A stretch of 64,000 nt of DNA from an uncultured delta proteobacterium (GTDB lineage: Bacteria > Desulfobacterota > Binatia > UBA9968), in NCBI GenBank assembly GCA_963816145.1, contig CAWFJP010000016.1:50780-114779 (forward strand). The letters run 5' to 3'. The translations under genes and the position numbers were made by a program. Under the pieces are notes generated by a model, which saw nothing but the letters and a program-made list of their open reading frames with translations, was not told where the DNA came from and did no database searches. Of this stretch, positions 52,701-63,770 are shown one piece after another (position 1 is the stretch's first letter; the number at the start of each line of letters is the position of its first letter).

Positions 52701-53335
52701 ACAGCTAAGCCACCGCCTGTGGCGGTGCGAAAAACAAAGGCTCTGCCGTGTGCAGGAATTGATTTGAGAGTTGCAAAGATTTCTCCTCTCCCCTGGGCCT
52801 GCCAAGTCCAGAAAGAGAGGAGAGATCGAAATGAGAGAATGGCAAAACCAATCTCACGTAAAGTGGTACTGCCGGTACCACTTGGTGATCGTACCGAAGT
52901 ACCGAAGGAAATCAATGTTTGGAGCGATCCGACGTGAGGTGGGGGAGATATTCAAGGAATTATGTCGGCGGTTTGGAATCGAGCTGGTGGAGGGGCATGT
53001 GATGGCCGATCACGTGCACATGTGCTTGGGGATACCGCCGAAGTACAGTGTGGCGAATACGGTGGGCAAGCTGAAGGACAAAGCTGCCATCATGATTCAC
53101 CAGAAATACGGTCGTCAGCGCAATTTCGTGGGACTGCATTTCTGGTCCAGAGGGTACTGCGTGAGCACGGTGGGATTGGATGAAGCAATGGTGCGCGAAT
53201 ACATTCGCACGCAGGAAGAGCACGAGAAAAAAGAGGAGCAGATTCAATTAAACTACTAAGATGATGACTTGGCAGGCTCAAAGCCCCCTTACAAGGGGGC
53301 TTCCTCAAACTACCCGCTCTGCGGGTAGTACATGA
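52700..53335 (+). mobile_element. IS200/IS605-family element (tnpA only; ends approximate)
   Basis: Left hairpin CACCGCC-TGT-GGCGGTG (52711-52727); right hairpins at 53281-53302 and 53309-53329. Confidence 0.85.
52831..53259 (+). CDS. tnpA: IS200-family HUH (Y1) transposase
   Basis: YHLVIVPKYRRK, DHVHM HUH motif, FWSRGYCVSTVG, catalytic Tyr in YIRTQ. Confidence 0.95.
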   Translation: MREWQNQSHVKWYCRYHLVIVPKYRRKSMFGAIRREVGEIFKELCRRFGIELVEGHVMADHVHMCLGIPPKYSVANTVGKLKDKAAIMIHQKYGRQRNFVGLHFWSRGYCVSTVGLDEAMVREYIRTQEEHEKKEEQIQLNY

Positions 53336-53473
53336 TTGGTTTGTTTGTATCCTACTAAGCTCGACTTGCTTAAAACTAGCAAGAACCACATTGCATTCTG
53401 CGGACTACTCCCATGCATGTATGGTCTGAATCCATTGACTAGAATACAAAGTTCACGAACTGCTAAATGAGTC

Positions 53474-54508
53474 ATGGTGAACTTACGAAATCTACCCGGC
53501 TATTTGAGGCACATCAATTGGTACATTGCCAAGATGGCCCCAATACCGCTATGTGCTGATTTGAAGTTAGCTCTTCCGTTACCAGAACTATCGAATGTGC
53601 GTGTCCTCTGGCCCAATAGGTATAGCTGGGGAAGCGGACACCTTCGACTCGAACCGATAAAGAGAGCGATATCTCGGTTGGTTCCAATCGGACTATTCGA
53701 TGTTCAAAAGAAAGGCTTTGATTGGCACAAACACGAGGGCTTCCCTGTATCTAAAGAGATAACCACATTTTTGGGCGAGCCTATGTATCCGAAAAGCCCC
53801 TATGATCTGAGAGGTGATATTTTTGAGGTAGTTGTTGGCAAGCGTGTCGTCCGGTGTGCTTTTGAATATTCTGATTATACCGCTATTTCCGAGGACATTC
53901 TTTCGCAAGTCGATCTTTACTTCAAAATAGCCGTCAATCCGAAGAACCCACCTCCGCCGAAGGTAATTTGTATAGGATTCTACGCGAGAAACCCTCGTTT
54001 GTTAGCACAGGCACGAGCACAGTTTCTGCAAGGCAGCCATAAGAGAAATATCGATGTGTACGGACGTTTTGGGGCGTGGACCGATAGTCAACCCTTCAGG
54101 CAGACAATCGTTGATAATTTGAAATCTAGTTCTCTAAATTTCGTCGGTGGCTTCGGGACACGTGTTTACCCTGCCTACCTTAAAGAACTTATGAGGACGA
54201 AAATAGCAGTGGATGTTCCTGGCCAAGCTCCAGCGACTCCTCGTTTGGTGGAAGCGATGGCTTTGGGTGCGCTGGTTGTATCTGCGAGACCTGCGTGCGT
54301 ATTTCCAGAAGAATTGGTTGATGGAATCCACTACGTTGCCGTCAAAGACGATGCAAGTAACCTTGTCGATAAGTGCCAAGAACTCCTTCTCGACGAGGAC
54401 CGAAGACAAAGAATCGTAGCCGAGGCGATGGGATTCTTTGATCGCAACTTTTCACCACAAAGTATGGCACGACGTATCCTTCGAAACGCGATTGAAAATG
54501 CAGCTTAG
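53474..54508 (+). CDS. Glycosyltransferase-like protein (CgeB/GT-B C-terminal domain)
   Basis: YLKELM..KIAVDVPG...RLVEAMALG and GIHYV motifs. Confidence 0.65.
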   Translation: MVNLRNLPGYLRHINWYIAKMAPIPLCADLKLALPLPELSNVRVLWPNRYSWGSGHLRLEPIKRAISRLVPIGLFDVQKKGFDWHKHEGFPVSKEITTFLGEPMYPKSPYDLRGDIFEVVVGKRVVRCAFEYSDYTAISEDILSQVDLYFKIAVNPKNPPPPKVICIGFYARNPRLLAQARAQFLQGSHKRNIDVYGRFGAWTDSQPFRQTIVDNLKSSSLNFVGGFGTRVYPAYLKELMRTKIAVDVPGQAPATPRLVEAMALGALVVSARPACVFPEELVDGIHYVAVKDDASNLVDKCQELLLDEDRRQRIVAEAMGFFDRNFSPQSMARRILRNAIENAA

Positions 54509-54586
54509 AAGCTCCGTGCGACCATTTCTGGATAGAAATTGCGGAGAGACAAAATTTTTTCTTGATCGTAGTGAGGGCATTTCGTT

Positions 54587-55564
54587 TTGGATTGGTTATA
54601 TCTGATACGCGCTGGGTTGGGACTCCCAGACTATTGGCACCCGCGTTTGGAACTCCAGAAGGACTTTTTGTCCGGCAAAATTGGCCTCTATCCCTTCTCT
54701 ATGGATGTTAAGGCTGATTACCCGGGCGCGTTGGATGAGCACGGAATCCCGGTTGTGTATTGGGGTGTAAATGGAGAGGCAAGTCCATCTCCTGTGAATA
54801 TTATCCTTTACGGTCTGGGGAGTCATGATGCATTCATCCGTACACAGGATACACGTTATTATGAACAAATGATCTGTGTTTTACATTGGCTGCAGAAAAA
54901 TAGTGTGACTTTAGGGCAGGGAATCGGATGGGCGTATTCTGTGGACATGCCCGTCTTTGGGCTGAAGGCACCTTGGCATTCCGGCATCGTGCAAGGTTTC
55001 GCTTTGTCCCTTTTCGTACGAGCTCATCAATTGGACGGATCGGGTATCTGGAGCGAGATGGCGTATAAAACATGGATAGGTTTTCACCATCCGATCGAGA
55101 AAGGGGGGTTCCGGCGGGAGGTGGGTAGTGGTGTAATCTACGAGGAATACCCGAGCCCGGAGCTCGATTGTGTATTCAACGGAATGTGCCACGCTTTGAT
55201 TGGGCTTTGGGAATCGTGGCGTTCAGATGTTGTGCGGGAGGCGGAAATGGATTTTACTCGGGGACTAAACGGACTTAGATCGCATTTACCACAGTTTGAG
55301 TTTCGCGGATGGTCGCTCTACAGCCTGAATTCCTGCCTTGGCAAGCCGTTAATAGCCTCACCTTACTATCAGAGAGCTAACGGCATCTGTGCACAAATTA
55401 TCGGGCTGATGATGGAAGATCCGGACTTTAGTTTTTACGGCGAACGTTGGGTGCGTGCACAGGAATCCATCAGACGGCGCGTAAGAATGTCCACGCGCAT
55501 CGCCTGGGACAGATTCAGGCGTGCGCCATCCCTACTTCATTCGGATAAGTCCAAAACCAATTAA
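54587..55564 (+). CDS. D-glucuronyl C5-epimerase-like protein
   Basis: LKAPWHSGIVQG.ALS..VRA, YEEYP, VFNG...ALIGL, WSLYSL and SPYY motifs. Confidence 0.8.
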   Translation: MDWLYLIRAGLGLPDYWHPRLELQKDFLSGKIGLYPFSMDVKADYPGALDEHGIPVVYWGVNGEASPSPVNIILYGLGSHDAFIRTQDTRYYEQMICVLHWLQKNSVTLGQGIGWAYSVDMPVFGLKAPWHSGIVQGFALSLFVRAHQLDGSGIWSEMAYKTWIGFHHPIEKGGFRREVGSGVIYEEYPSPELDCVFNGMCHALIGLWESWRSDVVREAEMDFTRGLNGLRSHLPQFEFRGWSLYSLNSCLGKPLIASPYYQRANGICAQIIGLMMEDPDFSFYGERWVRAQESIRRRVRMSTRIAWDRFRRAPSLLHSDKSKTN

Positions 55565-55681
55565 CTTAGAGTAGCGTCTCGCGAGCCAGGAACAAGATCG
55601 AGCCTCTGGTAAAGCGATTTTGCTCTCGATGCACGATCAACCTAACAAGTCACTTTTGCACACACAAACTTTAGCGAAACT

Positions 55682-56917
55682 GTGCGTATTGCCTACATCA
55701 TAGCTCGGTTTTATACCTTTATTGTCAATGAAATGACTGAGGTTCAAGAAGCCGGTCACGAAGTTGTGGTCGTACCCCTCTATTCGATACCTCATTCCCC
55801 CCTGCATCAGGGAACCCCAGCGTGTTTGAGGTCGAAGATCGCCTTGCCACCGGCTCGATTTGACCTCAAAGTTGGCTGGCTTGCGCTGCTAACAATACTA
55901 AGAAGACCTTTTCGTGTCTGCCGGACTTTGCTTCAACTGCACTGGACTGCTGGTTTCAACCCTTACGCTCACATTCGGTTAATCGCTCTGACTCCAAAGG
56001 CTCTTGCGTCGGTGTGGCGCTTGGAACGTCTAAAGGTGGATTATATCCACGCCCACTTTGCTACCGACCCTGCCACTTGTGCCGGAATCATAAGCAGTGT
56101 GACCGGAATACCGTACTCTTTTACGGCCCATGCATACGACATCTATTGCAGCACACCTAGGCTGCGAAATGATACGTTAAACTGGAAGCTTCGTCATGCT
56201 CATAGAGTTCTAGCAGTGAGTGATTATGCGACAAACCTTCTTCGTAGAGATATACCTAAAGACCGTGAACGTATCCAAACCATATACGTGGGAATCCCCT
56301 TAAAACTCTTCAACGAGGTTCCGAGTCAACCGTTAGGTGGAAAACTCCGCATGCTATGTGTCGCTAACTTCATCGAAAAGAAGGGGCTTAACACACTAAT
56401 TAACGCGTGCGCCTTATTGCGCGATCGAGCTTTTCCATTCCATTTGAAATTATTTGGCGATGGACCTCTACGAATCAAGTTATGCAATCAGGTTGAGAAA
56501 CTTCATCTAGGTGGTGATGTCACTATCGAAAAGTTCATCTCCCAGGAGGAAGTGGCGCAAGAGATGACAGCATGTCACGTGTTTGTGTTGCCTTGTCGTA
56601 AAGACGAAACTGGCAATATGGACGGTATTCCGACGGTGTTCATGGAGGCGATGGCAACAGGCCGTCCGGTTATAAGTTGTGCGATCTCCGGAATCCCGGA
56701 GTTGGTTCGAGATGGCGAAACGGGGTTTCTAGTTCCTCCGGATGATGCAATTGCATTGGCTGCAGCTCTGGAACGAATCGCAAGCGATGAATCATTACGT
56801 ATCCGCATGGGCCAAAACGCACGTGCTCTTGTCGAGAAACAACATGATCAGTGCATAAATACTCAGAGTGTGCTTCAATTAATTTCAAACTCAAGCGTCA
56901 CATCGGCGAACAAATAA
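55682..56917 (+). CDS. GT4 glycosyltransferase (WcaL-like)
   Basis: TFIVNE, IHAHFA, SFTAHAYDIY, EKKG and DGIPTVFMEAMA motifs. Confidence 0.92.
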   Translation: MRIAYIIARFYTFIVNEMTEVQEAGHEVVVVPLYSIPHSPLHQGTPACLRSKIALPPARFDLKVGWLALLTILRRPFRVCRTLLQLHWTAGFNPYAHIRLIALTPKALASVWRLERLKVDYIHAHFATDPATCAGIISSVTGIPYSFTAHAYDIYCSTPRLRNDTLNWKLRHAHRVLAVSDYATNLLRRDIPKDRERIQTIYVGIPLKLFNEVPSQPLGGKLRMLCVANFIEKKGLNTLINACALLRDRAFPFHLKLFGDGPLRIKLCNQVEKLHLGGDVTIEKFISQEEVAQEMTACHVFVLPCRKDETGNMDGIPTVFMEAMATGRPVISCAISGIPELVRDGETGFLVPPDDAIALAAALERIASDESLRIRMGQNARALVEKQHDQCINTQSVLQLISNSSVTSANK

Positions 56918-57129
56918 ATAAAAGAATTAACACCAAGAGTCACATCTTCGTCAGAGATCTGCAACGAGTGTTCCAAGGCACACCAGCAGAATCGGCTGGG
57001 AAGCTTGTTACTGTACTGGTAACCCCTACTAGGAGAAGAGTCTCTAAGGATTCGGACTGGGTTCTTTTCCGCGAACTGTCTCGAGACGCCAGCTAACAAC
57101 GTGCATTCAATATTCATCGAAAGAATATT

Positions 57130-57792
57130 ATGCCAAATCTCAATACGACGCTGCACTTAGATATGCTTGGGACATTTAAACGCAAAAACACATTGTTTTC
57201 GCGCTTTCGTCGAGTCTTGAAGCGGGAGCAAACCCCCAATGGTATTTATGGCCTAGAGTGGGGAGATCCTGAAGTTGTTGAGCCGCTACAGTTCATCAGA
57301 GACCGGTTCGTTCGTCCATTTATAAACCCCGAACATCTCGCCGTGGAAATCGGGCCTGGGGGCGGACGGTGGACCAGATATTTATTGGGATTTAAATATT
57401 TATACGTGATTGACTACCATAAAAAACTACTTGACGAATTGAAAAAGAATTACAATCAAGCCAACATGAAATTCATAAAAAACAATGGCACGGACTTTCC
57501 TGGCATCAACAACCACTCAATCGATTATTTATTCTCCTTCGGCGTTTTTGTCCACCTCGAGTTGGATCTCATTGATAGTTATCTGAAGAATATGAAGTCC
57601 ATACTCAAGCCAAGTGCTAATGTGGTCATCCAATACTCCGACAAAACAAAACTAATGGCTCAGCAAAACCAGACGTTTTCGGATAATACACCCGAAAAGA
57701 TGCGAGAGCTCGTTTTGAGTAAGGGTTACAAGGTGCTAGACGAAGACTTAACCACGATGTGGCACAGTAGCATTGTTCGGTTTACAGTTTAG
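57130..57792 (+). CDS. Class I SAM-dependent methyltransferase
   Basis: VEIGPGGGRWT, IDYLFSFGVFVHL and ILKP motifs. Confidence 0.85.
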   Translation: MPNLNTTLHLDMLGTFKRKNTLFSRFRRVLKREQTPNGIYGLEWGDPEVVEPLQFIRDRFVRPFINPEHLAVEIGPGGGRWTRYLLGFKYLYVIDYHKKLLDELKKNYNQANMKFIKNNGTDFPGINNHSIDYLFSFGVFVHLELDLIDSYLKNMKSILKPSANVVIQYSDKTKLMAQQNQTFSDNTPEKMRELVLSKGYKVLDEDLTTMWHSSIVRFTV

Positions 57793-57932
57793 CAATTGTT
57801 TCCGCTGCAGAAGTAGTATCACGTGTCTACTAAAGGATCATTCATTGAAAGTCGGTCACGACGCGTGTCGAATATGACTGTGAATTATCGTTCCTTTACG
57901 CTTTATATGGATCAGTTTTGGTGCTGCATCCG

Positions 57933-59387
57933 ATGAGATTTCAGATACTGTCACACGCCGGTCTGTCTGTCACTAGCAGCGGTATCACGTTGGTGTGTGA
58001 TCCCTGGTTGTTGGGAAGTTCCTATTGGCGTTCGTGGTGGAATTATCCCCCGGTGTCGAAGGCACTAATCGAGTCCGTTAAAGCTGATTTCATTTATTTA
58101 ACCCATGTTCATTGGGATCATTTTCATGGCGTGTCGCTCCGACGATTTGACCGTCGGATCCCGATAATTATTCCTAGGGAGCCTTGCGGAAGAATGCGCC
58201 GTGACCTCCTGGAGATGGGATTCAAGAACGTTATAGAGCTGAACCACGGTGAGTCACTCGGATTAGGCGGCGATTTCGAGATAACCTCTTATCATTTTAG
58301 TCCCTTTCTCGATAGCACTCTAGTTATTGAGGGAGACGGCTATACGCTCTTCAATGCAAATGACGCCAAGGTTATGGGCCTTCCGCTCATGCAAATTGTT
58401 AAACGTCACCCACGAATTGACTTTGTCTTCCGAAGCCACAGCTCAGCAAATTCGCGTTTATGCTTTGAAATTATCGATCGGCCGTCGATGCCAATCGATG
58501 ACGCGATCAGCTATGTTCGTGACTTTGCCCGCTTCGTCCACGCGACCGGCGCGAAATACGCGATTCCTTTTGCGAGCAATCATTGTTTTCTTCACAAAGA
58601 TGTTTTTCACCTCAATCAATCCGTTACTACTCCCAAAATGGTAGCGAGCTACTTCGAAGCAAATAAGTTGCGAACCCCGCAACTTCAGATCATGGTGACC
58701 GGCGACTACTGGAGTGATGCTGATGGATTTGTCACGACAAACACGGACTATTTCACCAACCGGCAAGAACGTCTTGAACAGTACCGGGCGGATAACCGGG
58801 CCATTTTAGACAAGTATTACGCTCAAGAGGCTCGCGCGACAATTACCCTGACACACTTCAACGATTATTTCACGCGAGTGTTTCAAGCGATGCCGGGTCT
58901 TGTGCGACGAATGTATCGGGATAACCCAATTCTCTATGTGTTATCGGCCGGAGACAGTAGGAGACTGTTTGAGGTGGACATCGGACGGCGACAGGTACGT
59001 AACGTGACCGACTACAATGACCATACTCATCCAATTCAAATTCACACTTCCGCAGCAGTAATGCGTCAATGCATGGCAATGAATCTGTTTTCTCACCTAG
59101 CGATTAGCAAACGAGTCCGTTACCGGGTGACCGCTAAAAAAAAATGCTTACTGACGTTCCTCAACCTGTTTTTCAACTTCTATGAATACGAGTTCCTGCC
59201 ATTGGGGAGAATTATGAACCGCCGATTTCTCAGTTGCTGGATACGTCGATGGCGTGAACTTGTCTTGTATTTTCAAATCGGGAAAGAGGTTGCGTTAGGA
59301 CGCGCGTTCAATTTCTCTCGATATCTGCCGTCGTTGAACAATGTTGATCGAGTTGCGAAAAGCTTTGACATTCAAAAAAGCAGTTGA
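57933..59387 (+). CDS. Metallo-beta-lactamase-fold protein, CMAH/UlaG-like
   Basis: SHAG, DPWL.G..YWRSWW, YLTHVHWDH, DS.L, FNAND and IPFAS motifs; no Rieske motif seen. Confidence 0.75.
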   Translation: MRFQILSHAGLSVTSSGITLVCDPWLLGSSYWRSWWNYPPVSKALIESVKADFIYLTHVHWDHFHGVSLRRFDRRIPIIIPREPCGRMRRDLLEMGFKNVIELNHGESLGLGGDFEITSYHFSPFLDSTLVIEGDGYTLFNANDAKVMGLPLMQIVKRHPRIDFVFRSHSSANSRLCFEIIDRPSMPIDDAISYVRDFARFVHATGAKYAIPFASNHCFLHKDVFHLNQSVTTPKMVASYFEANKLRTPQLQIMVTGDYWSDADGFVTTNTDYFTNRQERLEQYRADNRAILDKYYAQEARATITLTHFNDYFTRVFQAMPGLVRRMYRDNPILYVLSAGDSRRLFEVDIGRRQVRNVTDYNDHTHPIQIHTSAAVMRQCMAMNLFSHLAISKRVRYRVTAKKKCLLTFLNLFFNFYEYEFLPLGRIMNRRFLSCWIRRWRELVLYFQIGKEVALGRAFNFSRYLPSLNNVDRVAKSFDIQKSS

Positions 59388-59418
59388 TCGTCAGGCCAAT
59401 TTGCGACTCAGATTTATC

Positions 59419-60273
59419 ATGAAAGTTAATCACCACAGTGAAGTCACGATTAATTGTCTGGTCTGCGGCTCCAGATCCCATTTGTGTTTCATGGTTCACG
59501 ATGGCTACAAGATTGCGCGATGTCACACTTGTGGTTTCATCTTCGTTAACCCCCGACCTTCGGAAGAAAGCTTATTAAGGTTGTATCTTAGCCGAGACGA
59601 TAACCCGTATTTTTCCAACCAGTATGAACCGTTGAAATATGAGTTGCCAGTCTTGCTGAAAGTAATCCGGGTGATCCGAAACTATATTCGCGAGGGTCAA
59701 CTATTGGAGGTCGGTTGCGGGCGTGGTGATTTTCTAAGGGTTGCGCAGACCAGTGGATTTTCCGTTACGGGGTGCGATGTCTTTGGCGGTGATAAACCAG
59801 ATATTGATGATGCTGTGCTTTACGACGGGCCGCTAAAAAGCGCAAAGTTCCCCGACGAATGTTTTGATGTCGTGGTCGCGAGAAACACCTTTGAGCATTT
59901 GTTCGATACCAACGTGGAGATCCGCGAGATTAGAAGAGTCCTAAAACCTAACGGCCACTTATATCTGAAGGTTCCGAATGTGCAATTTGAGCAAGGCGTT
60001 CTTTGCCGACTGTTGTTCGGTAAAGGACATAAGTTTACTCCACCATATCATCTTAACCATTTTAGTCCGAAATCGTTGCAAGCTTTATTGAAGAGAACCG
60101 GGTTTCAATTTACGTCGTGGTACCTCGAACAACCGACCGTGGCGCCAAATCGGCTCGGCAACATTGTGCGGCAAACGGGTCATCGACTATTTCAAACTCT
60201 TCATTTTATTAGTGGTCGCACATTGCCGTGTCACCCGACTCTTTCATGTCTATGTCAAAAGACTAGCTACTAG
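59419..60273 (+). CDS. Class I SAM-dependent methyltransferase with N-terminal Zn ribbon
   Basis: CLVC...CHTCG, LLEVGCGRG, FEHL, LKPNG and PPYHL motifs. Confidence 0.85.
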   Translation: MKVNHHSEVTINCLVCGSRSHLCFMVHDGYKIARCHTCGFIFVNPRPSEESLLRLYLSRDDNPYFSNQYEPLKYELPVLLKVIRVIRNYIREGQLLEVGCGRGDFLRVAQTSGFSVTGCDVFGGDKPDIDDAVLYDGPLKSAKFPDECFDVVVARNTFEHLFDTNVEIREIRRVLKPNGHLYLKVPNVQFEQGVLCRLLFGKGHKFTPPYHLNHFSPKSLQALLKRTGFQFTSWYLEQPTVAPNRLGNIVRQTGHRLFQTLHFISGRTLPCHPTLSCLCQKTSY

Positions 60274-60290
60274 AATAAATAAAACCATTT

Positions 60291-61390
60291 ATGATTTGTT
60301 TTGTGGTCGGTGCGCGGCCTAATTTTATGAAAATGGCGCCGGTTATATCAAAAGCCCGGGAGCGCGGGCTTGCGTCGATTCTCGTTCACACCGGTCAGCA
60401 CTATGACGCCCGAATGTCGGCCATCTTTTTTGACGAGCTGGGAATGCCGCAGCCGGATATCGACCTCGACATAGGTTCGGGGTCCACGCGGATCAAACCG
60501 CACGAATTTTTGCGTTGCCTTCGAGCGAGTCTGTCTCGATCACAAGCGATCCCTCGTAGTCGTCGCTGGAGATGTGAATTCGACGCTGGCCGGTGCGCCA
60601 CGGCTGCTAAACTTCTCATCCCTGTCGCCCATGTGGAGGCCGGACTGCGTTCGTTTGACGCTTCCATGCCCGAAGAAATCAACCGCGTGCTGACGGACCA
60701 TATTTCTTCGTTACTATTCACCCACCGAACCCAGTGGCAACGAGAACTTGTCGCGCGAAGGGATCTCGCCGGGAGCGCATACACTTTGTCGGAAACAGCA
60801 TGATCGATAGCCTGCGGTCGCATCTTGACCAGGCTCTAGCTGCCAAGCCGTGGGATGATTTTGGCTTGCAAGAGGGCGGTTATGGCCTCATTACCCTGGC
60901 ATCGTCCCGCCAACGTCGACGATTTGAAGGTTCTGTCTGAGATCGGTCGAGCATTGCCGCAGGTCGCGAAGCAGTCCGTTGTTGTTTCCAGTGCATCCGC
61001 GGACTCGCGAGCGTATCCATCGTTCGGAAGTGGATTGGGATCCGATAAAGGTGGATCGCTGGGGTATCTCGAATTTCTCGGATTGATGGCGCGCGCTCAG
61101 GTGGTTTTCACCGACTCCGGTGGTGTTCAAGAGGAAACAACCATCTTGGGTGTCCCATGTGTAACCATAGGGCCCAACCCCGAGCGCCCGATCACCATCG
61201 AACGTGGTACCAATCGGCTTGTGTTGACCCGGAAGCGAGGACATAGTCAAAGCCACCCATGATGCGATACAAGAGGGTAATCTGACGTTTAGTTCCGCCC
61301 CTATGGGATCGACGATCCGCTGATCGTATCGTACGAGTTCTCGACGAATGGTTCGACCAGCGGGCCACACTGAATAGCGATGCCGCTTAA
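60291..61390 (+). CDS. wecB: Non-hydrolysing UDP-GlcNAc 2-epimerase (multiple frameshifts)
   Basis: VGARPNFMK, HTGQHYD, HVEAGLRS, PEEINR, HRPANVD and TDSGGVQEE motifs. Confidence 0.85.
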
Positions 61391-61463
61391 GAGCGTGAAT
61401 ATTTCTATTTACAGGGAGTGCGCCGCGCCGATGTGCGTTTCTCTGTCGGTAGGCAGTGATTCC

Positions 61464-62385
61464 ATGAATCGAAGTGAATGTTGTGTATTGTGTCGCGCTC
61501 CGCTCATTCGATCCCTTCCGGATCGTAAAGGACTTCGAACCTGTCATCGCTGCGATCATGCTTCGTTCGAGACCAATGGCGGCGCGGACAAGAGCGCGGA
61601 TGGCGATTCACTCGGTGCAACTGCGACGAGCTATTACGCCGATAACAAGGTCTTTGAATTTCATAAGGAACGCGCTCGGGGTTCGAGTCGATTGTCGCCC
61701 GGCTCAGCAGATCTGTCCTGAACGAGGTCGGCTGCTCGATATCGGAACCGGCGTTGGGGTGATGATGCAGGCCGCGGCCAAGACGGATGGACGGTCGAAG
61801 GGGTGGAGCCGTCATCAAGAGTGGCCAAGTGGGCTAAGCGGTCGAAGCACGGGGCGACTGCCACGTCGGATTTGTCGAAAATGTTAATTTGAAGGAAGGT
61901 TTTTAGATGTGGTGACCGTGGTTGATGTCCTCAGACACTTCCCTAATGTGGTAGATTTTCTGCACTCAGCGAAAAGACTTTTGCGGACCAGGTGGCATCA
62001 TCCTGATCCGTGAAGGCAATAGAAGAATTTTGGAGAGCGTAGTTGGTGTCGAGAAGGGTCAAGGTACTTAAAGACCAGAGTAGTGCTGCAATACGAAGAA
62101 CCACGGATTACCACGGGTTTTCGCCTGCAAGTATAGACTATGCTCTTCCGCCAAGCCGGTTGCACACACTGTTGGGTGGAGCCCTGTCCGCCATTCTTGG
62201 AAGTCGCGCCGGCCGCGATCTCATGGGGCTATTATAAAAGATCCGTGAACCTGGCCGGCGGTATTCTCTATCGGGTGTCGCGGCGTCGTATAGTTATCAG
62301 CCAGGCATGCTGGCGTTTGGTCGGCTCCACGGCTGAAATTCAGAGTTTCTGCTTATACGGCGGTGACCCCAGCAGGAATCGGTGA
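61464..62385 (+). CDS. SAM-dependent methyltransferase (heavily frameshifted, end approximate)
   Basis: CVLC...CHRC, LLDIGTGVG, GVEPS and DVVTVVDVL.H fragments. Confidence 0.55.
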
Positions 62386-62689
62386 ACGCCCGATACAACC
62401 GTCGAGATCGTAGATGGTCAGCCGCGAAGGTCGTAAGGGGCCTCTCTATTCATTTCTATATTCGATCCCGTTGCTTGGTACAGCTTAAAAGGTTGCTAAA
62501 AGAAAGTTAGAAATGTTTCGAGATCCTAGCATGAAACGGAAAATCAGCAACGATCTCACATTTTCTCCGTTCGTTCCTTCGTCAAGCTGCAGGACTGGCT
62601 CTGAGATACATCGAAGGGTCAGCGAGAGAGTTTTTCAGACTCCGTTGAAAATTGTTTTCGACATTATTACTGATTAAAGACTTTGGTGA

Positions 62690-63770
62690 GAGATTGGAAC
62701 CGATAATCGCTCGGAACACTCCTCTGGCGGTCACCATATTTGTCCGTCGGATGCCGGGACGAAAACTGGCTGGTGGCAAGTTCCCCCGCAGAGTCAAGCT
62801 GCTGGAATGCGCGGCTTCTGCAAACCGAGGCATCGCTGTATCAGTACCCCTATTGGAATGAAGCATTTCGAATAATGCATTTTTCTCCACGATATCTAGT
62901 TTTTTATAGCCAAAACCAGCCCAGCGCTTTTGTTTGCATTTTAACTATTGGACTACCGGGCCTAAAGATCGGTTTGGTTCACCGGGGACCGGTTGCTCAA
63001 GTTCAGGTGTATGGGAAGAGGCACTAAAGCGCCTCATTGAATTGGGCCCGGGAGACAGGCTATGCCTTCCCGCGCTTTAGTCGATTCGACCCAAGTTATC
63101 TCGACGGCATCGCGTCGCTGGAAATAGCAAGCGCACAGATGCTTTTTGGTTCTCGTCATCTCTCCGAAGAGCTTATCGTCGAACAAGCGGAAGATGACGG
63201 CGGTCAGCAAACTTCCAACCGGTTGCGCGGCGAAGAGGTAAAAAAGGCGGCCTCGGTTGGCTACGAGCTATCTGCCACGGATTCACCGGAATCATTTAGA
63301 AGCGTCTGGCCTCTATTTCGAGAAATTGTCCGACCGTAAAGGTTTTCGCTATCGGCCGCTCGCCAGTTATCTGGAACGTATTCCGCTTGGCGCAACCGCA
63401 TCAATGCGTTCGGCTTTATGTGGCTTCTCTGAAGGGTTCTCCCGTAGGCGCGATTTTGATTCTTCAGATCGCACAAATGCCGTGTATATGTCGGGAGCAC
63501 TCGATACCGCTGCGCTCGAAGGCAGAGAAAGCCCCGCCTGTCTACTCCATTGGACAGCGATGCGTTATTTATACCGAGACGGAATCAGTACCTATTCTCT
63601 CGGGACGAGATCCGGCGCGGTTTATGAGAAGCGCCAATTTCGCGCGCGAACGAGTAGTTCCACCGCCGGTAATCCTGGTGTTAAACAAGGGTAAGTATCG
63701 CTTGTGGTCCGCTAGCGTGCTCCGCCGTTGCCGGATCTGGCCCCGTGTTAAACGATTGTTCTTCAAATGA
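62690..63770 (+). CDS. FemAB/GNAT-like acyltransferase (heavily frameshifted)
   Basis: SLYQYPYW, VHRGPV, YMSGA, LLHW.AM and VY..K.QF fragments. Confidence 0.5.
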
